From positions 20,398,001-20,462,000 of the forward strand of contig NC_135667.1 of assembly GCF_964188315.1 (NCBI RefSeq): a stretch of DNA of 64,000 bases, in the 5' to 3' direction. Both the position numbers and the translations under genes were made by a program. Positions 52,720 to 64,000 of the stretch are shown here, one piece after another; positions within the stretch are counted from its first letter, which is position 1, and every line of letters begins with the position of its first letter. This DNA comes from Podarcis muralis. Taxonomy: Eukaryota. Below the pieces are notes generated by a model. It saw only the letters and a list, made by a program, of their open reading frames with translations. It ran no database searches and had not been told where the DNA came from.

Positions 52720-54049
52720 TCCTGATGCACATTTGTATTTTGGGTTAGGGGTGAAGAGTGACAGCTGCTCAGAGTTCTTCATGCTAACTCTCCATCAGCC
52801 CAAATGGCAAGTGATTTTACGAACGAGGCGATCTCCTCTTTGAGGGAGGGGGGATATAAACAGAAGAGGGAAAATATATAATGGGGCATGTTTCTCCCCC
52901 TCCTGTTTTGTTCCGCTCACAGGTCTGGATGAAGGTAGCTGGTGGTACAGGAAGAGGTCTTCCACAAAGGCCTGCCATCCCACCACCTTTCCGGAGATGT
53001 AACCCCCCCCCCCTTTCTAACTCACTTCCTGTCAATCAGACAATACAGCAAAAGAGTTGGTAAAAGACAGCTTTTTTTTTTAATTATTATTATTATTGGC
53101 TTGTAGGTTTGCAGGAAGGAGAAAAATAAATACATCCTCTCCCTTCCAATTCACCAATCATCTTTGGACAAAAATAGAGGGCCAGGGCCACAAAGCGCCC
53201 TTGAAAAATCTGATACAAAAGTATTATGCTGGGGCAGCGAGGGGGTGGGTGGAAGATAAACGGAGGGGTGTAGGTGACTCCTAGAGCCGCTTTTATATCC
53301 CGCCTGCCATGAGAGCAGCCTCACCTTTGCACCACCCCTCCCCCCAAGAGGGAAAAAAAGGACCCTGAAGTACCGCTCCTGGAAATTGGGAGAGAGCTAT
53401 GCATGGGGGAAAGTGGGGGAGGGGGAGGTGGGGCAAGCACAAAACGACAGGATTCCTTCCCCCACCACTGCTGCCCTGCTCTACAAAGGGTCAGTTAGGT
53501 CAAGTGTATAGACAAACCCAGCTTATGTGCAAAGGAGATTTTAAGACACTTATTTTGGGAGGAAGAAAGCAAAAATAGAGGGGGGGGGGGCTTGGGGAAC
53601 TGACGAAGGGAACCTACCGCAGCCAGATGCTGGGGTAGATTGGAAGGGTTGATGGTGGTGGCAAGAACAGATATGGGGGTGTATTTGTCGTCAGTATCCG
53701 TCCGTAGTGTTCCATTTCCCTCTTCTATGTGTCAGGGACCCCTCTCAGAAAAACAACAACTCCTCAATTAGATAGGATAGAAGGGGAAAGTGGGACAGAA
53801 TTTCTGGCGTGGAGAGGAGACAATTGGACCCTCCACACCAGCTGTAGTGTAGAGATTGAGGTCATCACTTTAATTTAAAGCTTGTGGGAGCTCAGGAAGG
53901 GGAGGGTGGGAATAGAGAGGGGAGGGAATTCGAGCTGTATGGCTTGAGGGGAGCTTCCAACCCTGTCCACCGATTTGGATGTGGGGGGGTGGGGAGAAAT
54001 AAAAGGGCACAAACAGAGGAAGGGGCAGGACAAAGGGCCACCAGATCCA

Positions 54050-54193
54050 TTAGTATTTCCGCTGTAGTTTCTGGAAGTCGCTCGTGTTGAGGCGCGGCCG
54101 AGGCAGGTCCCCAAACATCTCAGTGCCATCTGACACCCTCAGCACCAGAGCTCGCATGCTGGCGGCAATTTTCTCCAGGTCGGGGGACGAATG
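54050..54193 (-). CDS. AKT1S1: AKT1S1 last coding exon
   Basis: [47 protein letters not shown]. Confidence 0.95.
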   Translation of the reverse strand, partial: HSSPDLEKIAASMRALVLRVSDGTEMFGDLPRPRLNTSDFQKLQRKY

Positions 54194-57100
54194 CTGTATT
54201 GAGGAGCAAGGGAGAGGGAGCCAGGTGGAGAAGTCTTCGTTATTTGTTTTAAATAATTAAGTAAGTGAGCAAAACTAGGTTGCTCCCGTCCTACAGCTAA
54301 ATTCAGATCTCTACCTAGAAGAGCTTTTCAACAGAAGCTCCCACTGGAACTCTGGAGGTTCTGCCACCCAACTTCCAAAGTCTATGCATTCTACTCTAAG
54401 ACACACAACTCCTAATTGAGACTCTGTGTATTTCTTTTCTATGTTGTCAATGGTTATAACACAGAACAATATAAAGGCATCAGGGCAGGGCGTGACAAAA
54501 TTAAGCACCATTAAAAAAGTAACAGGTCAATCAAAGATGCTTTAAGCCACCATATAGGCCTGGTGGTAGAAGAAGATATTCCAGAAACACCTGAAAGTTA
54601 ATGGGTTTTTTTGGGGGGGGGTCTCCCAAATCTCCGCTGGAAGTGTGTTCCATAGCATGGGACTGGGGACACTAAATGGCCAACTCCTAGTGGAAGCCAT
54701 TTGGCCTTTTTTGTAACCCAAGATACACACCCTTCCTTGAGATCCTTCACCTACTTTGCTTTCTGGCTCTCACTAGGTGCAAGCAGCTCCAGCACCCAGG
54801 ATGCCCCCTAAGTCTCCCTCTTCTCCATCAAACCGGTCTCAGGCATTATCCTTTGCTCAAGCACCATTAAAAAAAACACCATTGCTGATTTTCGCATAAA
54901 GTACACATCACACAATTGTCTGCCAAAACCATGAGGAGGGTGAAAGGGCTGTGGAGGACTTAACAGGCCTCACCTTGCTCACTTCCGACTTCTCTCCCGT
55001 TGGCCACACACATTCAAACCCTATCTTTGCAATCGTAAGAACTTGATTTTTAAAGAAAGCAAAGCAAAGCTGAGACTCGCCTGGTGAATTAACGCAAACG
55101 ACATTCGTTTCTGTGCATTCAAGCTGCAGCCACAGGATATGCACAGCCCCAGCCACTTACAAAAGCTACAATGACACCTGTAGGAACTGGGGGGGTTGAA
55201 CTTTTTGCAAATGTGGCCCCAGCATCTTTCCAGCAGCGACTCTACCACCCTGCTGGAAGATGTGTTTTTTCTGGAGCTTACCCACCAGCCGAACCCTACA
55301 CACCTGTCTTAAAAAGGAAGGGGGAGAGCTCTGGAGTGTATCCCCCCCCCCAAAAAAAATATGTCTGCCTTTCCAATACACACATTCTCAGTTCCTACCC
55401 ACCTTGCTGTTCTCTTCATCAGAGGATCGCATCTCTTGCCGTTGCTCCTTGAAGCCCCAGATAGGCACTGAGACAGGCAAGGACTTGGCATACTGATGGC
55501 TGAGGGGTGGAGGGGCTGTCTGGCCAGGAGCCTCCTCACTTAGACTCCCATCTGGTAGAGAGAAATGGGGGGAGAAAAATGGGTCAGAAGGACGGAAGGA
55601 AATAAAAAGAAATGAACCATCAGAAAGCATCCTCCTCCCTAGCTACAGGAGGGAAGGGATAACATCACTCTCGCAGGAACTATGCTCCCATTTAGTTCGA
55701 ATTCCTAAAACTCACTAAAGCAGTGTTTCTCAAACTTGGGTCCTCAGCTGTTGTTGGACTACAACTCCCATAATCCCTGACCACTGGTCCTGCTAGCTGG
55801 GGATGATGGGAGTTGTAGTCCAACAACAGCTAAGGACCCAACACTGCAATGAAAAGGTGGTATGTTTTTTACAGATGAGTGATGTTGTTTTGCAGCATCC
55901 CATGAAACTTCCAGCTTTTGCTGACATAGCATGCACCTGAGAAGGAAGGTTCAGTTTTGGCCGGGAGAGGCCTGAAGAGAGACTCCGCTACAGGAAGCCA
56001 GACATTTCAAGCAAATGTCTCCTTCCTACTGTATAAAGTCCCTGACATGCCTCCCTTATCTTTTGTAAATTTAGCAGTAACAAAAGAGTGTCAGGCTCCC
56101 TTCTGGAAGTGTTGAACAAAGATAAAATCTCCTAAACGTTACTCCTTTCCTTTGCCCACCAGTTCTTGCAATTACTAGATCAAGTAGTTCCCAATGGCCT
56201 GAGGCTCTTGTCAGAACAGCCCAACATATTTGCTGATCTCTTTTCCCTACCTCACCTGGACAGCAAAATCAGATGCATCTCTAGAAGCTGTTTTGCAAGG
56301 TTTTTTAGACAGACTCTTCCCGGCTTGCCTTACAGTTTGTAAGATGAACATGGAGCTTCCATGTTCCAAGGCAGTATCTCCAAGTCTGTTGCCGGGTGCT
56401 ACATCTTAAGAGGTATGTGATATTTGGAGCCAAGTTATCAGGAGGTGGTCTGCCCACTTGCAAGCTTTCCCCGAGACACCTGCTTTTACTTTGCTGGAGG
56501 TAGAACAAAAGGACTATGGGGACATTTGGCTGGGAAAGGCAATTCGTTTGTCATTAGGATGCACATAACTTCTGCTGCCACCGCCCTTCAAAACCCTGGT
56601 AGAATAAAAAAACTTAATGAATGTATGAAGCAACAGAGCCCTACTCCTTGTACCTATTGTTCACATTTATTGTATCCTTCCTCTGAGCAGCTCAAAACAG
56701 CAAGGGTGGAGATTGGGGGGGTCCCCTCTTTTATCCTCTTAGACCACCTTGTAAGGTAGGCTAGCCTGGCCTAAGGTCACCCAGTGAGCTTCAGGGCCAA
56801 GCAGGGATTAAAACCCAAGTTTCTCTGGTACACTCTCACCACTTTGCTCCTCTGACTGCTGATCCTCTCCCACAAGGAAGATCCTGACAAACAGAGGGGA
56901 TGTGGGAAAAGCTGCTCCCTCAAGATACCTATAAAGTCTTGAATGACTCCAGGCCTAATGCAATCAGCAGGGACGTGGGTGGCGCTGTGGGTTAAACCAC
57001 AGAGCCTAGGACTTGCTGATCAGAAGGTCAGTGGTTTGAATCCCCGTGACGGGGTGAGCTCCCGTTGCTCGGTCCCTGCTCCTGCCAACCTAGCAGTACG

Positions 57101-60100
57101 AAAGCACGTCCAAGTGCAAGTAGATAAATAGGTACCGCTCCGGCGGGAAAGTAAATGGCATTTCCATGCGCTGCTCTGGTTCGCCAGAAGCGGCTTAGTC
57201 CTGCTGGCCACATGACCTGGAAGTTGAACACTGGCTCCCTCAGCCAGTAAAGCGAGATGATCGCCGGAACCCTAGAGTCGGCCACGGCTGGTCCTAATGG
57301 TCAGGGGTCCCTTTACCTTTACCTAATGCAATCAGCAGTATCTTGGCTTCTTCCACATTTGCAGTCAACATAGTATGTGCATTGTGGGAAGCTGGCAGAG
57401 GGAGTGAAGAGACTAAAAAAAAAAAGTGGGAGATTCAGCTGCCGCTCACCGTCAGTGCTCTCCAGATCAGAGTCGAAGAAAGGCTCATATTCCTGGCTTG
57501 GAGAATCCTCGTCCATCACAAACAAACCTGGAAGTGAATTAAAAACAAAACAGAATTAGATCTCGCTGAGTTGTATGCACAGGGACCCCCTATTTGAACA
57601 TGAGAAGTAGCCGTTCTGGGACTGCTTATCGAGCGATCAACACAGTCACATCCGGAGAACCAATCTCCCCCCCCCCCCCCAATTATACTGGGATCCCTCA
57701 CTCACTAGTTAGGTACAGCTATATTTTGCTTCAAGTTCCATCTCTCAACTGAGAGATGCAAGTGGCAACTGTAAGCAAAGCGTCTTCCCCTTCCTGTGGC
57801 AACTTTAAAAACTAAGAAGAACGCATTTGATCAGGTCAATGGCTCCTCTAACCCAGCATTCTGCTCCCACGAGTGGCCAACCAGATGCCTTCTGGGAAAC
57901 CTACAAGCACAGGAGAAGACTCCCACATGGTGGTTTCCAGCAACTGGTTTTCAGAAGCATTATCATCTCCAGCTGTGGAGGCAGAGAATAGACAGCATGG
58001 TTCATAGCCATTGAGAGCCCTCTCCTCCATGAATTTGTACAATCCTCTATTATGTTTTTTCTTTTTTTATTAAATGTTACCCAAAAAAATGAATAGAAAA
58101 AAAGAAATAGAAACAATACATAACCATACATAAAAACATTTTGTCTACACAATTTTCCAGAATGCAGGCTAGAAGACAAAAGATAAAATAAACAAGAAAA
58201 AGAATGAAGAGAAAAAATATTTTTCATAATCAATTATTCCAAATTCATACTTCAAACATCACAATATTTAAATCCTAGTTAAAATATTATAAAAGACTTC
58301 CACCGCATTCACCACACGTCTCTTGGTTATCTAATTCACCTTTACATCTGTTCTTCAGTCACTCCCTTTCCTTAAATTCTTTCGGAGTCCATCTAATCTT
58401 TGTATTCTCAGTATTCTTCACAAGGTTAGTCTAAGCACAACCAAACTTTCATGTTTGATCCCTGTTTGTGTAAATATTCATTTAAGCATTCCCATTGTTT
58501 CTGTACCATAGTTTTAGATTTATGCCTTATTATATCCGTCAATTTTGCTAATTCCAGATACTCACATAGTTTACTTAACCATTCCCTTTTTGTTAGGATG
58601 TTATTTCCTTTCCAGTAACTGGCCACCAGTGTTCTCGCTGCTGTTGTTGCATATAGGAATATGTTAATTTTATCTTTGGGGATATCCTTACTCAAAATTC
58701 CTAATAAGTATGCTTCTGCCCTTTTGTTACATGAAACCTTTATTAATTTTTTAATTTCTTCATGGATTATTTCCCAGAATTTTTTGATCTCTGAACATGT
58801 CCACCACATATGGTTTAGAGTGCCCTTCGTCTTATTGCATCTCCAACATTTATTACTAATCGATCTATTCATTTTTGCTAGTCTGTCTATTTTAAAGCCA
58901 CCTGGGTCGGTAGCCAATTTTAACATCATATACCTGCGTGGAACTCCTCACCAGATGAGGTGGTGATTTTTTATTTTTAAAAAGTATTTCTGATTTAAGA
59001 ACGTACCAGAGGGAAAGGGTGGGAGAGGGGTTGCTTTTTTCAGTGCCAAGAGGTACAGATTAAAGGACAAAGCATTTGTGTTCAGTCTCTGAAAAATACC
59101 GCATTTCTCATTATTTCCACATCAAAATATAAGCTAAAACGGGAGCTGGGACAGAGCCTGGAAACCTGACAGCCAGTTTTGCTACATCTCCTTAAGCGGC
59201 ACAAAAAATAGTATTTTTCTGCGATAACATCTGATCACAATGTACGTCAGCAGCCCAGTTTTCTGGGACGGCAACTGGACCAGCACATAGTTAAAACGAT
59301 GGGATTTACTATTACAGGATGTTAATAGTGGCACCAAACTTTAACGTCTTTAAAAGGGGCTTAGACAAATTCATGGAGGATAAAGCTATCAATGGGTATT
59401 GGCAGGTAGTGTGTTTTTGGTTTTTAATTTTTTTATCGAAACTTTTCAGCATACAATACAAAAACAAACTATTCTAAATAGTAAAAAAGAAAAAGTGAAG
59501 GGGAGTGGGGTGGGGTGGGAATACAAAGCCCTCTATCAGGGGTAGATCTTAACCCTTGTCTCCCACAAAAGCGGGTGGACCCTCCCAGCTTTCACCTGGG
59601 AGCATCCCATTCGTCTCCCAGGCTCCCACCCTGGGAGATCTTCCCTTCCCTGTCTCTCACACAGGGTTTTTTCCTGTTTTCAAACCACCCTCCCACTAAA
59701 GTGGTCAATTTCCGCAAGTTCTATCACCATAAACACCACTTTGAAACACTTTTGCTTCTAGGTTGTGAGCTTGAGGCTATATTGCAACTCTTTAGGGGAC
59801 AGATTTAAAGAGTCGAAAATTATACTTTCAAGTATTGCTAAAATGGTGAAGAGCTCCTCTCCCCTTTGGGAAGGCATGGTGATGTGCTGTGTGCCTGGAT
59901 ATGGATTCTGATCTGGAAAAAAAGCATTATCCAAAGTTGAGTTTCTGAGAAAGGGGCATCTCCTATTCAGCAGGCAAAAGCAGCACCCTACAAATACTTG
60001 TAGAGCTTGAGACCCAACTACTGCGTGCTAGGTGTCAGGAAACATCCAACAGGAGTGAAGAAAGTGTTACTTTGGAAGAAGCAGATTCAATGAGAAAGCC

Positions 60101-61463
60101 ACACCAAAATTTCAGCTCATTTATCTGTTTATTATCTGTGCTCTGAACTAGTGCATCCTGACCAGAACAGGCAAAATACTCAGGATTTTGCGGTGAAGAA
60201 AGAAAAACCAAGTTTCTAGGAGTTAAAGGCACACTTTCAGCAGTTTTCCACATAAGGAAATCTTGATATTGCTACGGACAAACCTCAGGCATGGAACAAA
60301 CCCTTGTTGAGGGTGAAATAATAACAATAATGACTTTAAACCAAGCATTATCCTATGCAGACTGATTCAGCTGAGCATTAGTGCTGCAAAGCTTGCCTTC
60401 CTGAATTGAAAGAGGTCTGGTGGTTTCCTCTGGGGACACAGCCACAGCAGAGAATGCTCCAGGCTACTTGAGAAGGGACAGTCCTAGCAGCAGCTCCTGG
60501 GAGGCAGGAATAATGTAGGACACATTCACACCATTTATTTAAAGCACTGTGATACTAAAGGGAGCTTAAGGGTAACAACTAAGAGTTGTTAAGAAACCCC
60601 TCCTCTTCTCACAGACCTACAATTCAGAGTTCCCTGGGAAGAGGGATTGATTCTTAAATCACGAAGATTTTTAAACTCTGGGGGAGGAGTAGGATCTCAA
60701 AACAACTTTCATCACCCTTAACAAACTACAGCTCCCAGAATTCTTTGGGAGAAGCCACAACTGTTTCAATGGTATCATTGTGATTTAAATGTATGGTGTG
60801 AATGTTGCTTTAATGAATTTACTTCTGGCTACTGTGACTTTTTGCTTTATTTGTTAAGATGTTGCCTATCACTCCCCATTTTTAGTGATTATACAGCATT
60901 TCATTGATGCTACTAACAGCCACTGTAAGCATTTTAAGGAAAGCAGAGATAAATATATTTTTTCCACAAACAAACCACCGACTGCACATAGACGTACCAG
61001 TGGTGTCACTGGGATGCTCTCTCCCACCTGGCTGCTCCAATTCTGTCAATGTATTCCTGTCTCCTTCATCGTCTTCCTCTTCAGGCTCCTGGCCTCCAGA
61101 AGCCTGGGGCAAGGGCCCCTGGGGGGTAGGTGTCCTGTGTGGGGCAGGCTCATCTGAGGCATTGGTAGAGGGGCAGCTCCTGGAGTAAGACCCGTTGGTG
61201 GGACCTGGGCGGGGGGCAGAAGGAGGACGGGCAGCATAGGTAAAGGCGGTGGTCTTGTGAACCACCGCGATATCTTCGAGGTAGCGTTGAACAGCATCAG
61301 CCAGAGCCCCACTTCCATGCTGTGCGTAGCTGAAGCCACCAGGGGGTGGGGCCCTGAAGGCGGTGAGCAGCACTATCTCATTGCCCGTCTGACGCCGGTA
61401 CTGTTCTGCTGCAGCAACCAGGGCCGCCCAGCTCTCCTTGTGGTTATCCGCCATGTTCGTCAT
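54050..61463 (-). CDS. AKT1S1: Proline-rich AKT1 substrate 1 (PRAS40), complete 278 aa from the first ATG
   Basis: join on minus: 61463-60998, 57527-57450, 55551-55403, 54193-54050 = 837 nt, GT-AG, in frame. Contains TOS motif [26 protein letters not shown] and the Akt site [11 protein letters not shown]. Confidence 0.95.
55403..55551 (-). CDS. AKT1S1: AKT1S1 coding exon 3
   Basis: [50 protein letters not shown]. Confidence 0.94.
55721..55846. mobile_element. Palindromic hAT-type MITE
   Basis: cagtgtttctcaaac...ggactacaactcccat...atgggagttgtagtcc...acactg. Confidence 0.8.
56971..57321 (+). mobile_element. Sauria SINE, full length
   Basis: ggacgtgggtggcgctgtgggttaaacc...ccctttacctttac; 17-bp TSD cctaatgcaatcagcag (56954-56970, 57322-57338). 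Confidence 0.93.
57450..57527 (-). CDS. AKT1S1: AKT1S1 coding exon 2
   Basis: [26 protein letters not shown]. Confidence 0.94.
57812..58915 (-). mobile_element. CR1 3' fragment interrupted by an L1 (CR1 parts about 57812-58051 and 58886-58915)
   Basis: ...ccatgaatttgtacaatcctct resumes as ttttaaagccacc...gtagcca after the L1. Confidence 0.65.
58052..58885 (-). mobile_element. 5'-truncated L1 LINE (ORF2 C-terminus + 3'UTR)
   Basis: CWRC...HMWWTC zinc knuckle and [14 protein letters not shown]; polyT on plus at 58055-58068; TSD tctatt. Confidence 0.85.
59280..59405 (+). mobile_element. CR1 LINE 3' end (approximate)
   Basis: tttaaaaggggcttagacaaattcatggaggataaagctatcaatgg. Confidence 0.65.
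60998..61463 (-). CDS. AKT1S1: AKT1S1 coding exon 1
   Basis: [35 protein letters not shown]...EHPSDTT; acceptor at 61465-61466, donor gtacgt; second ATG at 61454. Confidence 0.92.
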
Positions 61464-62019
61464 CCTACAGGCAAACAAAAAAGAGAAGGGGTACACGCGT
61501 TAATGTTGTGGAAATAGCAGCTGGGCAAACGTTAAGGGCTTTAGTTGACTGAAATATTAAATTGGCTTAAGTAATATGGATGAAACAGTACTTGAGAGGC
61601 AACCCAAAAACCTTCCCTTTTGACCACACGCATGGACCGTATTTGAAGAGAATTGCATGCAATTCCTCTTCTAAAGCAGAACCTGCTACCCACTATTTCT
61701 GTAAGCGTCTGTATCGAAACAATAATCATTCTTATTAAAGAGCACTGCTGCCTAATCTATCAGGGGCAAACTTTTGCCATTGGGAAGGAAGGCAAACTAG
61801 CACATTTAAAGCAGGAAGGGTCAAGAAGCAACGTGTCCAGGGTCCCCAGAAAAGGGCAAGCAGAAAAGCTACCCCTACCCAGACCCTGGGGCTCTCTTTT
61901 TTGGGGGGTGGGTAATAGACAGTGGGGTCCTTTCTAACGGGTCGCAGTGAGGGATGGAAACAGGCAGCCAGGACTCCTGGGTTCTGGTCCAGCAATACGG
62001 CAAAAGGCACGTTCCTCCC

Positions 62020-63620
62020 TTTGAGGGCGGGGGCGGCAGATCACAATATCTCCAGACAAACAACGCTAACGGGGGGAGGAGGAAGAAGAAGGGGGGCAGA
62101 AACAAACACCTTCCCCCCTCCCCTTCCAAGAAGGGCTCCAGAGGGAGGGGGGGAAAGGGTTGCATTACCTGCCAGCGCCTCTCAGTTCTTCCTCCGCCGA
62201 AGCCTCCCCACCCCCCTCGGGGGCCACCACTCGGAACCCTGACCTCTCACCTTTGACCCTCCCCAAGACACTTATGGGCCCCCCTCCTCCTCCAAACAAC
62301 AACCGCCTCCTCCTCCTCCCGGAGGCCCCGCCCACTCCCTCTGCCCTCACAAGGCATGAGAGAGGCGCCCGCACGTTTCCCGTTACGAAGATGGCGGAAC
62401 TAAAAGAGCGCAGCGCCCCCTCCCTCCCTTTTAAGGGCCTGAGGGGTTTTTTCATGCCCGATTCAAAGATGGCCGGAGAGCGAGGGGCTGGCCCCGCCCG
62501 GGGCTACGGAAGGCGCCTTCTCCTCAGGCAGTCCCTGCCGTGCCTGGGGGGCGGGGAGGGGTTGCCCTCAGGTAAGGGCCGCAGCCGGGAGCGCCCTTCC
62601 TAAAAGTGGACCGGGGGCTTCGAGGCGCTCCGTGCAACAAGGATGGAGGAGGAGGAGGCGCTGCGAAAAAGGCGCTGCCATTTAACTTCACTCAGGCCTG
62701 AACGGCCATAATAACGGGAAAGCCGCCCATCCTTTTTTTCTTGGGCGCTTTTCAGCTTGGTGCCTTCGGGACAGAATCTGCACTTCGCGCGGGGAGATTC
62801 CGTGCGGGGAGCACTTCCGGTTTGGCCCGGAAGTGGGTGAACCATTGCGAGCAGTGTGCGTCGCTCTACTCTTTTCCTATCTCTACGCGTAAGATGGCGT
62901 TCGGCGCCTCGATAAAGGCGACGGTAGGAAGCGGTTGCCCCACCCGCTGTAGTCCTTTGCCCTATATAAAGATGGCAGGTGCGTCCACTTTCCTCTCCCC
63001 TCCCTCCTTGTCACTGATACGCTGTTGCGTTAATTGTTTTTTTCTAACTGCGGTTCGGTTATAAAGTGTTCACACCCCGCATTTAAGCATAAAAGCACAT
63101 TTCTATTTGGCCCGCCTGAACGCATGAGCTTTCCTTCCCGTCAGTGTTTGTGGTATAATCTGATTGGTGCACTTTGCCCACAGACGGGGAAGATCGCAAA
63201 GCCGCGGCTCTTGGAGACCATGCCCTCTACCAAGATGGCGGCAGAAGCGTCCGCGGACGTGGCGCCCGTAAGCGTTCCTTGCTGAGGCGCTTTCTGCCAG
63301 AAACAAGGATGGCGGCCGGGGTGGGTGTGAAGCGGCCTAACCAAGAGGGTGGAGCAAATGGAGCAGGAAATGACGGTTTGTTTTTCCGGAAGTGGCTGTC
63401 AGGGAGAATGGAGTTAGGGGGCTGCAGGGTGAGGGAGGCCTTCCCCGCAGTGGGGCAGGGCTGGCCAGGCTCCTCGGAGAAGGGGAGGCTGGGGGGAGGG
63501 TTGGGTTTCCCCTCTCTCGGAGAGCTCACATTTGTCCCCCAGGAGCGGAGCGGGAGGGTCTCTTTCCTCCTCTTGAGCGCAGTGGGAGGTTGGTAGAGCG
63601 GCTCTCTCGTCCCCTCAGCC
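62020..63620. promoter_or_regulatory. Bidirectional CpG-island promoter of AKT1S1 and TBC1D17
   Basis: CpG-dense. Inverted ETS/GABP pair at 62813-62820 and 62827-62834 and a third at 63386. AAGATGGC (YY1-type) at 62388, 62466, 62891, 62969, 63232. Minus-strand donors for an AKT1S1 non-coding exon at 62250 (AAAG|gtgaga) and 62168 (CAG|gtaatg). The pair is also head-to-head in human. Confidence 0.8.
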
Positions 63621-63977
63621 GGATAAGTTAGTGGGGAGAAGCGGAATCTGACCCCTTTCCTGGGTGGAAGTTCCTAAAAGGCCCTTGCTCTGAGTTGTCT
63701 TCATAAAGTCGCCCTTCCTCTTACTTTAGTGTTATTGAGGGGGCCATAAAGTATGTTCCAGCAGCCTTAGTTTGAGGCAGGGCTTCTCTTCCCCAGCTGC
63801 ATTCTACAGAGGTGGGTGGGGATGCCAGTGAACCTGCTTCTTGTGCTGACCTCCTGTTTTTTTCCTGTCCTCCTCCAGGTTGCATTTGAGAAGGATGGTG
63901 TCTATTTACACACCAGCGCAAAGCGTCATCCTGACCAGGATTCCCTGATTCCGGGGGTTATCCGCATAATCGAGAAG
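63408..63977 (+). CDS. TBC1D17: TBC1 domain family member 17, first two coding exons (continues right of the window)
   Basis: join 63408-63428 (MELGGCR|gtgagg) + 63879-63977 (VAFEKDGVYLHTSAKRHPDQDSLIPGVIRIIEK|gttggt). Matches the recalled TBC1D17 N-terminus and sits head-to-head with AKT1S1. Confidence 0.9.
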
Positions 63978-64000
63978 GTTGGTTGAGGTGGGATACGGGT

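Noticed and set aside
58886-58929. [13 protein letters not shown] as the start of an L1 protein
   Set aside because: It lies outside the L1 TSD and derives from the flanking CR1 fragment.

Overview
This is vertebrate genomic DNA from a squamate reptile. The two full-length Sauria SINEs look lacertid (Podarcis-like), which is an inference. The window is gene-dense, with six spliced genes whose exons and GT-AG boundaries I read directly. In order they are: GYS1 (minus strand, coding exons 1-6, continues off the left edge), PRMT1 (plus, complete, 11 coding exons, 369 aa), POLR2L/RPB10 (minus, complete, 67 aa), a TSPAN4-like tetraspanin (plus, complete, 239 aa), AKT1S1/PRAS40 (minus, complete, 278 aa) and TBC1D17 (plus, exons 1-2, continues off the right edge). 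GYS1, PRMT1, AKT1S1 and TBC1D17 are human 19q13.33 genes, whereas the head-to-head POLR2L-TSPAN4 pair lies at human 11p15.5. The tetraspanin is only about 60% identical to human TSPAN4 as I recall that sequence. The best candidate for something new is therefore a retained whole-genome-duplication paralog pair (POLR2L plus a fourth TSPAN4/TSPAN9/CD53 ohnolog) that humans lack at this locus. Other notable signals are 12 same-strand CCAAT boxes upstream of PRMT1, a same-strand YY1-motif array at the AKT1S1/TBC1D17 promoter, a sense solo LTR 59 bp from a GYS1 acceptor, candidate extra exons in GYS1 and PRMT1, back-to-back polyA signals, and MITEs carrying ZNF143-type motifs. Introns contain many LINE (L1, CR1, L2), SINE and MITE fragments. 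All homology statements come from recalled sequences, not from searches.
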